Shown here: positions 32,001 to 43,809 of the stretch, piece after piece | Numbering within the stretch: the stretch's first letter is position 1 | Layout of the letters: each line of letters opens with the position of its first letter | Assembly: GCA_000004985.1 (NCBI GenBank) | Contig: GG738846.1 | DNA: 64,000 nt | Strand: one strand, 5' to 3' | From: Naegleria gruberi | Lineage: Eukaryota | The notes under the pieces: generated by a model | What the model was told of the DNA's origin: nothing | Seen by the model: the letters and a program-made list of their open reading frames with translations, nothing else | Database searches by the model: none | Program-made: the position numbers and the translations under genes

Positions 32001-33718
32001 GCTCTTTTAATCAAGTGATTTGCATAGATAAACGCATTAGAATCCTCAGAGGCAACAAAGTTTGCAATGAGCATACTTGATGTCAATAGTAAATTAACAT
32101 CTGTAAAACTTTTTTGAGAAGCAGCACCCTTAACAAACAGCATGGCTAAATTGAAATCACCATGCTTTTGTTCGTTGCGTTGAACATTTCTTGCCTTTGT
32201 CATGGCAAATCGAATGAAAATGTTAACACTTCTAAATCGACGTTCTTCTTCGATAACTGAAGCTAAATTATTGACAAATAATGTTGGATCACCCTCTTTG
32301 GATATCTTCCAATTATTTACATCATCAATACCAAGGTACACTGAAAATAAATGCTTTACGCTTCTATAGACAAGTCTGGTATATATTTCCATAGTTACAC
32401 AACCCAAAACAAATAATAAAATAGCAAAGCCAAATGATGCACCAGCCAATGATACTCCAAATATATTGTCATCTAAGTAATTGATTGGTAAGGTAGTCAG
32501 TATTAAAGTTGAAATGGAAAATCCAAGTTTTGCAAATGTAAATCCAGACCATAAACTATTTTCCCATCTATTGAAAAAAGGAAGGGACCTAAATAAAACA
32601 ACAATATACAATAAACTAACTAGAATAGATATAATTGGAACTATATAACTGTACATGCTCGGAATTAAATTTGAAATTATCCAATAAAGTTGATTTGTAA
32701 ATGCAATTACCATTACAAATATCGAATTATCCATTGAACCAAATGAGCCTTCCTTTGGACTGAATTCTATTAACATTAATAATCCCATTTGAGTAATTAC
32801 AAATTGTACAATTAATCCAATCGAAGAAAATACAATCATTACTGTATTCAGTACGCTTGTACACGATTCTTCTCTGTATCTTACAAGGTGTTGTGTCATG
32901 TAATCGCAATTAATAAATGATGTTAGTATATGGGTTATGGGTACTGCTACTACTGTTATTATTATTGTAAGTATTCTTACAAATTGCAGTAATTTCTTTG
33001 TGTGTCTGCTTCCTGTTTTTGTAAATCTATATACTATATAAAGTAATACTCCATTTGATAATAGTAATATAATAAAGAAACTAGCAATTACAACAATACC
33101 AACATATGGTACCTTTTCCATTAACCAAGTTCTCATGAATCCAAATACTAGCATAATCCACCAACCATAATCACCCCATTGATATGATTTAATATCCTCA
33201 TATGGTACAGATAAACTTGAGGAAGTAAGCATGATAAATGTGTAAAAGAGCATGTAAAATATATTTGTTTTAGAAAAGACTCTTCTCAGCTTACCAGAGA
33301 GAGTACGTTGTTGAGCAATGGACCAGGGCTGATTCTTTTCATTCACCCTCTTGGCTGTATTCATCAAGCTTTGTTGCTGTATTCCAACCAGAAATGTTAC
33401 TATATTCTCTTCAAATGCTTTAAATGATTCTGAGGATAGAATTGAAGACCGTGTTGTGGTTGCTGTCCTTGCAGTTCCAGTGTCGGACCCACCTGAACGA
33501 TTACTCATCGTTAAACTTTGTGGACCGTGTGAGAAGTGTCCTTCAATAATCGAATTGGATTCACTTGTATTACTATTATGAAAACTAGGTAGTGGATCTT
33601 CAGTGCTAGCCCTCAATGGATTTACAGTCTGATTTAAATTTGTTAAGGGTACGATGGCTGAACTTTTCCTTGTTCTACCAATAGCACCGACTGCTCCAAG
33701 GGTTGGAAGTGTCGACAT
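29035..33718 (-). CDS. Multi-pass membrane PAS-domain adenylyl/guanylyl cyclase (class III), exon 1 of 2
   Basis: ATG at 33718. There are at least 12 predicted TM helices in two clusters, coiled-coil linkers, then a PAS domain (IICNVDGSIRFFNQAAQDMFGYRITEIIGTGL...). The start of the cyclase homology domain is FSDIVGFTSLSS ... KIKTIGG. The exon ends at a GTAAGT donor. Confidence 0.75.
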
Positions 33719-34611
33719 GTTGATGCTACTGTTACTACTAGCTTAGATAATAATAAGAATTATATATGATGATGACTATATGATGACGTTGCAAAAAACC
33801 TAAAGTTGTGAGATAAACCTGTATATGTTGTGTACTCTCTCCTAGATGTTTGTACTATATTTCTTAGGTTTTTTGATGCTTAATTGATGCAATGATTAAG
33901 CAACTAGCAGATCCTGATGATTAAATAATATTACTGTTATTGTGTGATAGTTAATAGTGCTCGGCTCGCAACGATGAAGGGTCTATTGATGTTGTAGAGT
34001 CTTTTAAGGCCAACACATTAAGGCGAGTGTATTGTGGAGGGTCTTTTCAGAGAGACGTTTTAGGTTGGTGAGTAACTTTTTTTGGGTGGGAAAAACAAAT
34101 GACCGTAAATTGGCCTGTAACGATTTGGCTATTAGCGCGAAGGTGAAAAAGCAGCTTGTGTTTTGACTTGACTGGCCTCAGATGAATTTGACTTGTATTG
34201 AACTTATTAAAAGAACTACCAATAACCAAATAACAAGTTGACAAGTTGTAGGTTTCTCTATCTCTATATCAAGTGAGAGCTAATTCAATGGTGATAAATT
34301 GTAAATGTTATTACATTGCTGAATTCAAATATCATTCACACATAATGTCCTTTCGAAAATATTAATACGCTCCAAGTATAGTTTGTTAGTTTTTCTCCTC
34401 GTCGTCGTTTGGTTCATGAAAGTTCTATATTTTGTGACTGTTGGCTACGGGCTCTTTTTTGTACATTTCAAAATTTAGATGCTCTGCGAATTGGCTCATT
34501 TCATAGCAAGTAATATTGACAAATTAAATTTAAAAACAACTTGGTGAAACAATGAAGAGTTCAAAAAGTTGGTGCTGGTGGTTTGACAACATTTTTTATG
34601 ATTTATTGACA

Positions 34612-35225
34612 GCAAGGTTGATCGAAGTTACTGAAGTTATTGCTGACTGTCAAGAGCTTCAAGTTTTGCAATGTTGAGTGGAATCTTTTCTCCTGACAAC
34701 CACATGGCATAGATGGTGTGAGCTTGTACATGATTGGTGTCGTTTTCAAAGACTGGATGCAACAGAACAGGTCTTGGTCTTCCACCAAAGCCGGACAAGT
34801 TATTTCCACACTGCACAATACTCCAATTATAAACTTGAATGAAATACTTGTCAACAAGTTCCTTTCCAACAATATCACTTTCATCATTTGTAGAATTAAA
34901 TTATTATTATTGAAATTAATGTGATGAAACAAACATTTCAAAGAATGGGAGTGTATGAGGTCCGATTATTTGTTTCCATGCTGCAACAAATTATATTACA
35001 TCACCAACATTGTTAAACAAACAACATACCAACAATTCGGAGAGAAGGCCATCGAAGTTTTGCACTCTCCATCATTTCATCAATAATCTTTTCATCGACT
35101 GAATCTGACGGTAAATAGTAATAGTGGAAACTGATCAGTTAATAAATTGATTAATAGAAAATTCATAGAAAGAACTTACTGATAACCAATGATTGAATTT
35201 TCATCAAGTTTAACAATAGGCATTC
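34612..35225 (-). CDS. Hypothetical multi-exon gene (exon boundaries unresolved)
   Basis: There are minus-strand GTAAGT/GTATGT donors at ~35175 and ~35025. An ATG CCT ATT GTT AAA... start sits at 35225. A long terminal coding frame (...NWSIVQCGNNLSGFGGRPRPVLLHPVFENDTNHVQAHTIYAMWLSGEKIPLNIAKLEALDSQQ*) ends at 34612. No domain recognised. Confidence 0.3.
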
Positions 35226-35406
35226 TCTCGGAGTTTCAAATAGATTTTTCTTTTGTGAATTGAAAATCATCTTGCCTTTCCATCAATTTAATTCATCCTC
35301 TTCTTATTTGTCTCTTCTTAAATTTAAATAAAATCTCTTAATAAAAACTTCAAGAGTCTCAAACGCTGCTGGGAATGATTCTAAAACCACAACAAGAAGA
35401 AAAAAA

Positions 35407-36285
35407 ATGAGTTCTACTAAGGTTCAAGTACCTCTCACTGATGAGAGCGAGGAAGATGATGTATTTGACTATGAGGTTGGTGATGACGATGACGAGTATA
35501 GTGATGAGGAGGATCATAAAGCAACCTCATCTTCCTTATTACATGCAACGAATAGTAATCCATTTGCCCCAATGCAAGCTTATAAACAATTACTCGGAAG
35601 TGATGTTGAAACAATACGAGCCTTTTTGGAAAACAAATCAAAGAACAAGTACTTTTATATAACGGTAAAGATGGGAGAAAAGAAGGGAAAATTGCGAGTA
35701 AGAATGGGCAGAGAAATTAACAGTTTTGATTTTGAAGATGCTATCGAGTTAACATTGGAGCAACAAACATATATCAGTTTTACTGGAATGGAAAATAAGA
35801 GAACAGGAGAGGTGTTTCCAATGATAGAACATCCAGTTATTCCTGGAACCACCTTACTGGAAAAAAAGTATGTCAGCAAGATGAAGGATGGAGAGGAATA
35901 CTTTTTATTAACAAGGGATATCAGAGATGATGCAGCTAATTTACTTACTCGTGAACAATTGGAGAGTATTAGAGAAAAATTCAACAAGATTGATGAGAAT
36001 AGAACTGGTTTTATATCTCACGATGAAATTAGGAAATATTTTGCAAAACATAGAGACCAAAAGATTTCCAGTTATATAGAATTTGCCAATGAAAAGATTA
36101 GAAAAGAACCTAAGAAGGAAGATTACCATCAACAACAACTTCAAAAGAGAATTAACATGGCAAAGAAACAATACCAAAAGAATGTAGACTATTTCCTCTC
36201 CATTGATATTAACGGAGATGGTTCAATCAGTTTTGAAGAATTTAGAAATAACGAAGTCAAATCTTACATTACTCAAAATAAATAA
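35407..36285 (+). CDS. EF-hand calcium-binding protein with acidic N-terminus (292 aa)
   Basis: ATG at 35407. The C-terminal half carries EF-hand loops DENRTGFISHDE and DINGDGSISFEE. Confidence 0.6.
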   Translation: MSSTKVQVPLTDESEEDDVFDYEVGDDDDEYSDEEDHKATSSSLLHATNSNPFAPMQAYKQLLGSDVETIRAFLENKSKNKYFYITVKMGEKKGKLRVRMGREINSFDFEDAIELTLEQQTYISFTGMENKRTGEVFPMIEHPVIPGTTLLEKKYVSKMKDGEEYFLLTRDIRDDAANLLTREQLESIREKFNKIDENRTGFISHDEIRKYFAKHRDQKISSYIEFANEKIRKEPKKEDYHQQQLQKRINMAKKQYQKNVDYFLSIDINGDGSISFEEFRNNEVKSYITQNK

Positions 36286-36333
36286 TTATCTTTCAAAGAT
36301 GAAAACTGGAAATATATTTCAACAATTCACTGA

Positions 36334-37618
36334 ATGCTGTTTTTACAAAACATAATATTACGAAACAAACGAAAAAAAATGCTTTCACACCTGTCTCCAC
36401 ATGATGATGACTTAATTTCCGAGTCAAGTGATCATCATGATGGATCATCCAATAATAATAATAATAGGATGGAAAAGGTAGAGATGGCAATTATTTCCGA
36501 TTTGATTGAACATTTCAATCAGAGAATTTTCAATAGTACAATAACAGAGAAGGAACAATCGGAAGAACAATCCCTTCTTAAAAACGAATTGATGAAAATT
36601 GTACAATCGGAATCATTTCCTGCTCTTACAATGAAATTCTTGAGTTTAATTAAAATATTGAATAGGCCAAGTCTAAAAAGAATTGCTATTGAATTTATTC
36701 CCAAGATTTGTGGAAGCTCCGAGGAGGAAAATTCCAAAATTATTGAAGTATTGGATGGAATATTCAAGAGTGAGAATGCATTGACAAGGATTGTGATTTC
36801 AACCTTGTACAAGTTGGAAAATTTAAAAGATTCACAACAGGAGAAGGTTTTATTCATTGCACAAAATGCATTGGAATCGGTTGAGGAGGAGGATTTGGAT
36901 GATATTGTCAAGATCATGTTGAAGAATGTGACGAAAAAGAATAGTAGTGAAATTGTAAAGTACATTCGAGAAAAATTGGCCAATGATGACGTGGCCATTG
37001 TTAGGATTAGCTCTGAATTATTGGCAGACACATTTTCAACGACGCCATCTCTTGCTAATTATTTCCTAAAATCTTTAAAAGCAGAACAAGAGGAATTTTC
37101 TAAATTTGATGTTTTAATTTTAATGGTATTACTATCAACTAGGCACAGAGATAGAAATTCAACCTTTACAATATTTAAGAATGCATTTCAAAACAAACCA
37201 CAAAGAATGATTAATATTTCAACAATTTTGGATACCTTGAGTGCTGTTGGAAGTCTTTTGGATGATTGTAAATATGTAGACAGGATTTACAACTCGATAT
37301 ATATATTTATTATTTATTTATTATCAAATAGTGAGTTGTTTACAGATGAGAAGGGTGTACCATGGGTTTATAGTATTTTCATTCACTCGTTCAAGAGTTT
37401 CAAACCACTGAGAAGCAAATTTTTAACATCACTCTTGGCATTGTTTCAGTACAATGATTCCAAGTCGAATATTGCTGCGGAAATTTTGATAGGTTTATGT
37501 GATTTTGAGCAGAATGAAGAAGAGGATGAGGAATTTTCTGCCAGTCTGTGTAAACAAATTGCCTTGAATCATTTATCGATAATTAAGGATTCTCTGGCAC
37601 ATGCTGTTTCATATTCTA
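36334..37618 (+). CDS. FANCD2-like (Fanconi anaemia D2/I family) alpha-solenoid protein, exon 1 of 4
   Basis: ATG at 36334 (an alternative ATG is at 36379). The segment EEDLDDIVKIMLKNVTKKNSSEIVKYIREKL aligns with human FANCD2 [30 protein letters not shown]. Overall length is about 1320 aa with an acidic C-terminus. The exon ends at 37618 at a GTAGGT donor. Confidence 0.55.
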
Positions 37619-37672
37619 GTAGGTTTCACATTACAATGACTTTATATAATGATTATTACCAATAATTAATAG

Positions 37673-38160
37673 TAAGATGTCAACATTCACTTTGTTATTC
37701 TTTGGCCAAGTGCTCAATTCACGATCCAAAAACATTCGAGTACTTGATGATATTTATTAGAAAGCAAATTTTCAGTGGACAAGATAAGAAATCCCAACTA
37801 GGCCTTATTATTTCAATGCACCTAATTCATGAAACACACTACATGATCAGTTCAGACATTGACAGATTTGTTTTTTCACTATTTAACACGAAAAATTTTG
37901 ACGAAAATTCAATTCATATTTTAGATTTATTTATTTATAATTTTGATATTTTACTCAATATGGGGTTCGCTTCAAGAATGAAAGCAATCATTGTACAGTT
38001 ATTGAAAAATTTGGCAATTATTGACACGTTCCCAGAAATTTCACAACAAAGTAATTTTGAATTCAGAAAATTCTGCTCCATCAATACTCTTACACTTACC
38101 TCACTTCGAGCATTATCCATGCTAGTCAAGTGCTACATTCTCTGCCATGAAAATGATCAG
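37673..38160 (+). CDS. FANCD2-like, exon 2 of 4
   Basis: The 54-nt intron (37619-37672, GTAGGT ... TTAATAG) removes the single in-frame TAA at 37663 and joins in phase 1. The exon ends at a GTAAGT donor at 38161. Confidence 0.45.
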
Positions 38161-38209
38161 GTAAGTTTGTTTGTTATGGATTCTTCTAAAAGAATTGAAT
38201 TAATAATAG

Positions 38210-39693
38210 TATCCTCTAAGCATGGCACTAATGCAAATTGGAGCAAAAGGAATTTCTAAAGAAGAATTAATGTGTATATATTCTATTGGTTATGTTTTAT
38301 ATGATCATGTTATTGAGAAGAATGTTTTGATAGAAAATCTTGACAAGGAAGACCAAGATTCTATGGTTGACTATACCGAGTATTTGCTACAGTTGAGAAT
38401 TGATATTGTAACATCTGAATCCATCAATGATACATTACACGCTTTGGATTTGGATGCATTTTTCAAATTATTCCCTCTCAGTGTGGAAATCATTTCACTC
38501 TTTATCAGAAAATACAAACACGAATATGACGAAGTATCCATGAAGAAGGAACGAGAGGCATTCAAATGCCTTTGGTCAGATTTTGATTTCATGTTGAAGC
38601 ATTTACTATTATTCAAATCGGATGAGGAAGAATCAGAGAGTCATAAATCAAATGCTAAGGGAAAGGGCGTATTTGCTCCAGATTTCAAAATTCTCTCACC
38701 CAAAAGAGTACTATTATTTGGTTCATTGTTGGAGGGAAGAAAGTCACCGAGCTCCATTTTCCAATTCATTTCTCTCACCAAGAAGGTCATTGGTGCTCTG
38801 GTGAAAAAGAGTTTCAAATATACTACTCTCTTGGCAGAGAAGAAATCAGAGATGAAAGTGAATCAAGACACTCAAAGTTTAGAAGGAAAAGACAAGGTTG
38901 ACCATTTGGTAATATGTCTATCGTATATTTATTGCTCACTTTCGAATGTGTTTTTTGTGACAAGAAACATTGATGAGGATGCATTCGAAGAGTTGATTTC
39001 TTCCTTTAAGAAGAATGACACTTCCATTCCAATTAATGTAATTTATCTTGTTCGATTGATTTTAAAACAAATTGAGGATGCTTCTTACTTTATTCATGCT
39101 TTCCAATTGAATCTTTTATTGGTATCCATTTGCCAAGGAAAGGAACTGCAAAAGATTATTGGCTATGTAGGTCTAGAATTATTGACACGAGTCTTTAGTT
39201 CTACATCTCAATCATCTACAATTGAAAAGATAGCCATGGAAGCTTATGTTTTCAAAGAATTACCATTCCATCACTTATTACACCACAGAGAAATTGCAAG
39301 AAAACGAAAAAATCCAAACATATCCAAGTACCTTAACCAAGCAACTCTTCTGTTTGCTCTCACCTATTTACCAGCAGAGGAAGGGAGAGATTTGTGTGAT
39401 TTTTTCGTATTGGCTCTTGATGATTTCCTTCATGCAATGAAAGAGGAGCAAGACGTTCACGTTCAACATCATCCCTTGAGTATTCTGGATGAGAATAGTT
39501 TTCACTACTTTTTACAAATATTTACCAAGATTTTTGAGATGGCCATTATCAATGCTCCTTGTGTGCCAGTCGATAATGGAGGAAATAGAAACTTTATCAG
39601 AATTGAAGATCCTTTGGATAACATGAGGAAAGTAATTTTGATTTACATGTCATTTCAGGAGAGTGAATTTCTTAGAAAGAACAGAAAGGATAG
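38210..39693 (+). CDS. FANCD2-like, exon 3 of 4
   Basis: The 49-nt intron (38161-38209) ends in AATAG and enters the frame of ORF 38222-39844. The exon ends at 39693 before a GTTAGT donor. Confidence 0.55.
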
Positions 39694-39773
39694 GTTAGTA
39701 GTAATTATTCAATTTTTATTTACCTTTGTTAATTACTTATTTACGTTTTACAATATATATTCAATCTATATAG

Positions 39774-40485
39774 TGGAGAAGTATTGGCTCAGTCATGTTT
39801 ATCAGTGGCACCTATTATTCAATCAAAATTGGATGAATGTTTAAGGTATATTACAGATAGGGCAGATGAAATCGATTTTGAAATGGTGAGATCAGACTAT
39901 TTCTCATTGTTTGATAGGGTGAAGTGTTTTTGTGATGCTTGTTTTGCCCTGTGTGATGAGCAGAAGAAATTTTCAGATCCGGACTCAAAAACAGATGGAA
40001 AATTGAGACAAGAAATGTTAAAACTATTCCAGAAACAATATGATTTGGAAGTTTTTTTGAGAGATTTGTGTGAAAAGAATCATTTCGAATACTTTAATGG
40101 AAATCAAGTTGCCAATGACGCTTTCAAAGTTTGGAATTGTACACCACGATATAGAAAATCTTTGGAAGAAAAAGTTGACGAGATGAATACTAATAATATT
40201 TGGGCTGAATTATTTACGCAAGATTTTGATATTGGATCACTTTGGGAAAACCCACCAACAGAAACCTTCTTTGATAGCTACATTTTGTTTGCCAATGAGT
40301 TGGCCAACTTTGTTGTTGAGGCAGATGACTTGGAGGAAGATATCTTCTCCTCTGACGAAGAAGAGGAGCAAGAAGGCGCCTCAATTTCTATTGATGAAGC
40401 TCGTAATAGATTACAAAAACGAAAAACAATTGAGGAACCAACATCAGAACCTCACATTCTTCAGCCAAGAAAAAAGCAAAAATAA
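39774..40485 (+). CDS. FANCD2-like, exon 4 of 4 (acidic tail)
   Basis: The 80-nt intron (39694-39773) ends in CTATATAG. The phase-2 join gives ...KDS GEVLAQSCLS..., which matches the frame of ORF 39784-40485 (the track start there is TTG). Confidence 0.55.
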
Positions 40486-40508
40486 TGTATTGATAAAAAA
40501 CTAAGAGT

Positions 40509-42323
40509 TTAAAATTTGAACTTCTTTTGTGAAGAAGGTTTGTCGTTTCTCTTTCTCTTCTTGTCATCCTCATTGTTTGGTTGTTGATGGGAAGAAGTAG
40601 GAGGTAACATGTTGTTAGAGGCATAACTCCTTGATGAACCCATCATATCTCGTGATCCAATTGCTTGGTCTTTCTCTTCTAATACTCTATATAATAACTT
40701 AGGGTCATCTGATTTCTTGTTGGCAACATCTTTCCTCAGGTTGACCACTTCAGGCACTCTTTGTGAACTTGTTTGATGACTGTCCATTGGTTTTGGTGTG
40801 GTCAACCCACTGACAACAATAACGGATTCATCTTCATCCTCTTCTTCCTTAGTTTGTGCCATTTCCTCATCCGAACTATCACCACCTTCTCTTATTTCTT
40901 CAGTTTCCTCTTTTTCTTCCTCCTCTTCCTCAATAGTATCATCAATGATGTCTTCGCCCCACAATTTGACATTCTTCTCTTCCGCTTTTCTATCATCATC
41001 ATTTGCATTAGCTCCAAAAAATTTGTTATAGAGTGGTCTGTTCATGTGGTCGACAGGCAAACGACCCCAACCACCTGGATGGTAACCATAACTAGCACCT
41101 TCAGGTATAGGAGCATTGAGACCTGGTATTCTGAGATTGGAATACGAAGGGGGTGGACCATGTTCTTGCATTTTAATCAACCAAGGAGGTGGTGCATTTA
41201 CTGGCATACCCAAGGCAAGTCTCAGTCTTTCAGAGAGTGGCTTACCAGCCTTATACTTATTAATGTACTTTCTTCTCTGCTCATACTCCTTTCCTTCATA
41301 GTACAAGTCACCATGGATGGCCAAATTATCTGGTTTGGTTTGATGTTTGTAAAAAGCATCTCTCAAAACTTGATAATCAATATCCATTTTTCCTAGTTTT
41401 GGTCTCACTCTTTCTCTCATCTTTTGCTTAATGGATTTCTCATTTTCCTTTTCTTCATAAGCTTCTCTCATCTTTTGAATGCCTGTCTTGGCAATAAATT
41501 CTGGAAGCTTGAAAGGTGGCTTTACAAATCCTCTCTTTCCCTGCAAGTACTTTCTTTTTTGAGACCAGTGAGCTGGAACTGGAACAGTATTTCTATATGA
41601 TTTGAGCAAAACAAGGAATTTAGGATCTTTGGCTGTAATGTCATGAACTTCCACAACATCAGGTCTCTTGGCCAGTTGCTTCAATTGTGAAATTGTGAAA
41701 ACATATCTACGTTTCTTCTTTTTCTTCAACTTGTTTTTCTTCTTACCCTTCTTGTTGGCAATTAAAGATGCTTGATCATAATCCAATTCCTCTCCATCCT
41801 CCTCTTCTTCATCATCGTCATATTGTTCCTCATCACTACTAGTCAATTCGAATAGATCCTTTTCCTTCTTTTCTGGCTTTTCTTCCTCCTCTTCCTTTTG
41901 TTCTGTGTTTAAATCTTCCACACTTCCGAACTTGTCAAATATTCTTTTAAATTCATCAAGGATAGAACTATTTGCCTTCTTTTCAATATCTTGAATGACA
42001 TCTTTTTGTATATATTCTACATTGTTTACACTTGTCGGATCGGTAGATGATTCCGATTTTATATTTGTTGTTGTTGTTGTATTATTATTTTGAATATTAG
42101 TGGATGAATTTGTTGTTACATATAACTTTTCGAAAGGCTTCAAACCTGCTGGGAGAATAATCTTTTTCTTCTTTCTCTTTCTATTTCTCTTCTTTTTTCC
42201 ATTGGTTGTAGAAGAGGAATTTATTGTTGTTTGAGTGGCACTACTATCACCATCATTGATCGAATCGTCTTGTTCGCCTTCATCCGATAGAGGCATCATC
42301 ATGTCTTCATCCTTTAGAGACAT
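40509..42323 (-). CDS. SF3B2: Splicing factor 3B subunit 2 (SF3b145/SAP145/Cus1-like)
   Basis: ATG at 42323. The conserved SF3B2 core includes the Pro-rich PSP motif LGMPVNAPPPWLIKMQEHGPPPSYSNLRIPGLNAPIPEGASYGYHPGGWG. The N- and C-terminal regions are K/E-rich. Confidence 0.75.
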   Translation of the reverse strand: MSLKDEDMMMPLSDEGEQDDSINDGDSSATQTTINSSSTTNGKKKRNRKRKKKKIILPAGLKPFEKLYVTTNSSTNIQNNNTTTTTNIKSESSTDPTSVNNVEYIQKDVIQDIEKKANSSILDEFKRIFDKFGSVEDLNTEQKEEEEEKPEKKEKDLFELTSSDEEQYDDDEEEEDGEELDYDQASLIANKKGKKKNKLKKKKKRRYVFTISQLKQLAKRPDVVEVHDITAKDPKFLVLLKSYRNTVPVPAHWSQKRKYLQGKRGFVKPPFKLPEFIAKTGIQKMREAYEEKENEKSIKQKMRERVRPKLGKMDIDYQVLRDAFYKHQTKPDNLAIHGDLYYEGKEYEQRRKYINKYKAGKPLSERLRLALGMPVNAPPPWLIKMQEHGPPPSYSNLRIPGLNAPIPEGASYGYHPGGWGRLPVDHMNRPLYNKFFGANANDDDRKAEEKNVKLWGEDIIDDTIEEEEEEKEETEEIREGGDSSDEEMAQTKEEEDEDESVIVVSGLTTPKPMDSHQTSSQRVPEVVNLRKDVANKKSDDPKLLYRVLEEKDQAIGSRDMMGSSRSYASNNMLPPTSSHQQPNNEDDKKRKRNDKPSSQKKFKF

Positions 42324-42480
42324 TTTTTAATAATAAAATAAATTTATTATTTATTTAAATATTGAACATGAAGTTAATTTTATCAAGTTGATTAAATTAT
42401 ATTTGTATTATTACAAAGTCAACTGGAACAGATCTTTTAGTTGATCACCAAAACATACTGTCCTTTTATTAATGATACAA

Positions 42481-43809
42481 TTAAAGATATTTAATATTTT
42501 CTTCTTCTTTTTGCTTGCTTCTTCTTAACCATTCTTTGGATGGTGAAATGAGATCTATTTGAGGTGTTTGTCTATGACTGCTCTTAGATGCACTCTTCTT
42601 AGTTGGGCTTGCTTGAGCGGCTTCAGCATCTTGAATGCAATCTAAAATGCTTACACTTGTCTTACTGGAAAATAGTCCTTGTGGAGGTGCTGAGAAGGTT
42701 GAATTCACTGAATTATTTAGTTCTGGTGTTGTAAATTGAGTTAGTAATTCCTCATCCTCATTAAATTCCAAAGTTCCATCGTCCAAGATCATTGTTGGCT
42801 CCCTACTTTGATCCATAGAAGAATTGAAATAGTTGGTCTTCTTATTGGCTTGATCGTTCGTGACTGGCTTTTGCAAAGATTTGATCTTGATACCATCCTT
42901 TGAACCAAATGAAAATTCCTTAGGTATGGTTATTTGATTTTTCCATTTAGTTCCGGTTTGGAATACCTTATCCACATCACTCTTCTTTTCTCTTGCTATT
43001 TTTTGTCTATGAAGGAATTCGTCATATCCTAGAGGATCTCTGTTTTCCTTAGGAGAACTGATTTTCAATCTTTGTGTATTTGGAGAAAATGTACATCCTT
43101 CCAATTCTCTTTCATCAACTTCTCGTTTACCTTTAATAATCTTTTGCTTTCTTCTTATTTCCCAAATAGCAGCTCTGTCACTTACTGTTTTCCCTTTAAG
43201 ATTAAACTTGTTCACTGTTTTGGAAACATTTGGAGAAAATGTACATCCTTCCAGTTCCTTTTCCATGAATTCCTTCTTCTTTTCTTCAATCTTTTGCTGT
43301 TTTTTAGAGGTTTTTTTGTACAATTCATTAATTCTTTGCTCGAAGGAATCAAACTTGTTCTTTCCTGAATCAATTTCTACAGACTTCTTATTAAGTGCTG
43401 GTCTAAATGTATATTGAACATCTTCTACTCTAGGAGAAGTTGGTTTTTGCATAAATAAACGCTCCTTGGAAGTATGGGGAAGTCTAGAGGCAATTTCCAA
43501 TGAAACGACATTCAATTCTGGTTTATGTGTAAGATCCTTATTGTATGCTTCCAATAGTTCTTGTGTATTTCTGTCATAACTTCTTACACTTTGAGGAGGT
43601 TGGTAATAAAAGTTCTCTGAATAATCATCAAAATCCTCATCCATCTCTCCGTCGCTGGCCATGCTTTCAGAAGTATTCATCTTCTTTTTAGCCTTAATAT
43701 AATTTACAAGTCTTAGAGTCCTAGGATTTATCTTTGATCTATATAATTTATATATGCAACCGCCACCATCATTCTTGTTAATAAACTTAACGGTCATAAA
43801 TAAATACAT
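42481..43809 (-). CDS. Coiled-coil protein with internally duplicated ELEGCTFSPN module (real start probably an internal Met)
   Basis: ATG at 43809, but MYLFMTVKFINKND is hydrophobic and atypical. MNTSESMASDGEMDED further in is a more plausible start. A ~150-bp internal DNA duplication (43075-43110 versus 43226-43262) encodes the repeated EKELEGCTFSPN. Confidence 0.5.
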   Translation of the reverse strand: MYLFMTVKFINKNDGGGCIYKLYRSKINPRTLRLVNYIKAKKKMNTSESMASDGEMDEDFDDYSENFYYQPPQSVRSYDRNTQELLEAYNKDLTHKPELNVVSLEIASRLPHTSKERLFMQKPTSPRVEDVQYTFRPALNKKSVEIDSGKNKFDSFEQRINELYKKTSKKQQKIEEKKKEFMEKELEGCTFSPNVSKTVNKFNLKGKTVSDRAAIWEIRRKQKIIKGKREVDERELEGCTFSPNTQRLKISSPKENRDPLGYDEFLHRQKIAREKKSDVDKVFQTGTKWKNQITIPKEFSFGSKDGIKIKSLQKPVTNDQANKKTNYFNSSMDQSREPTMILDDGTLEFNEDEELLTQFTTPELNNSVNSTFSAPPQGLFSSKTSVSILDCIQDAEAAQASPTKKSASKSSHRQTPQIDLISPSKEWLRRSKQKEEENIKYL

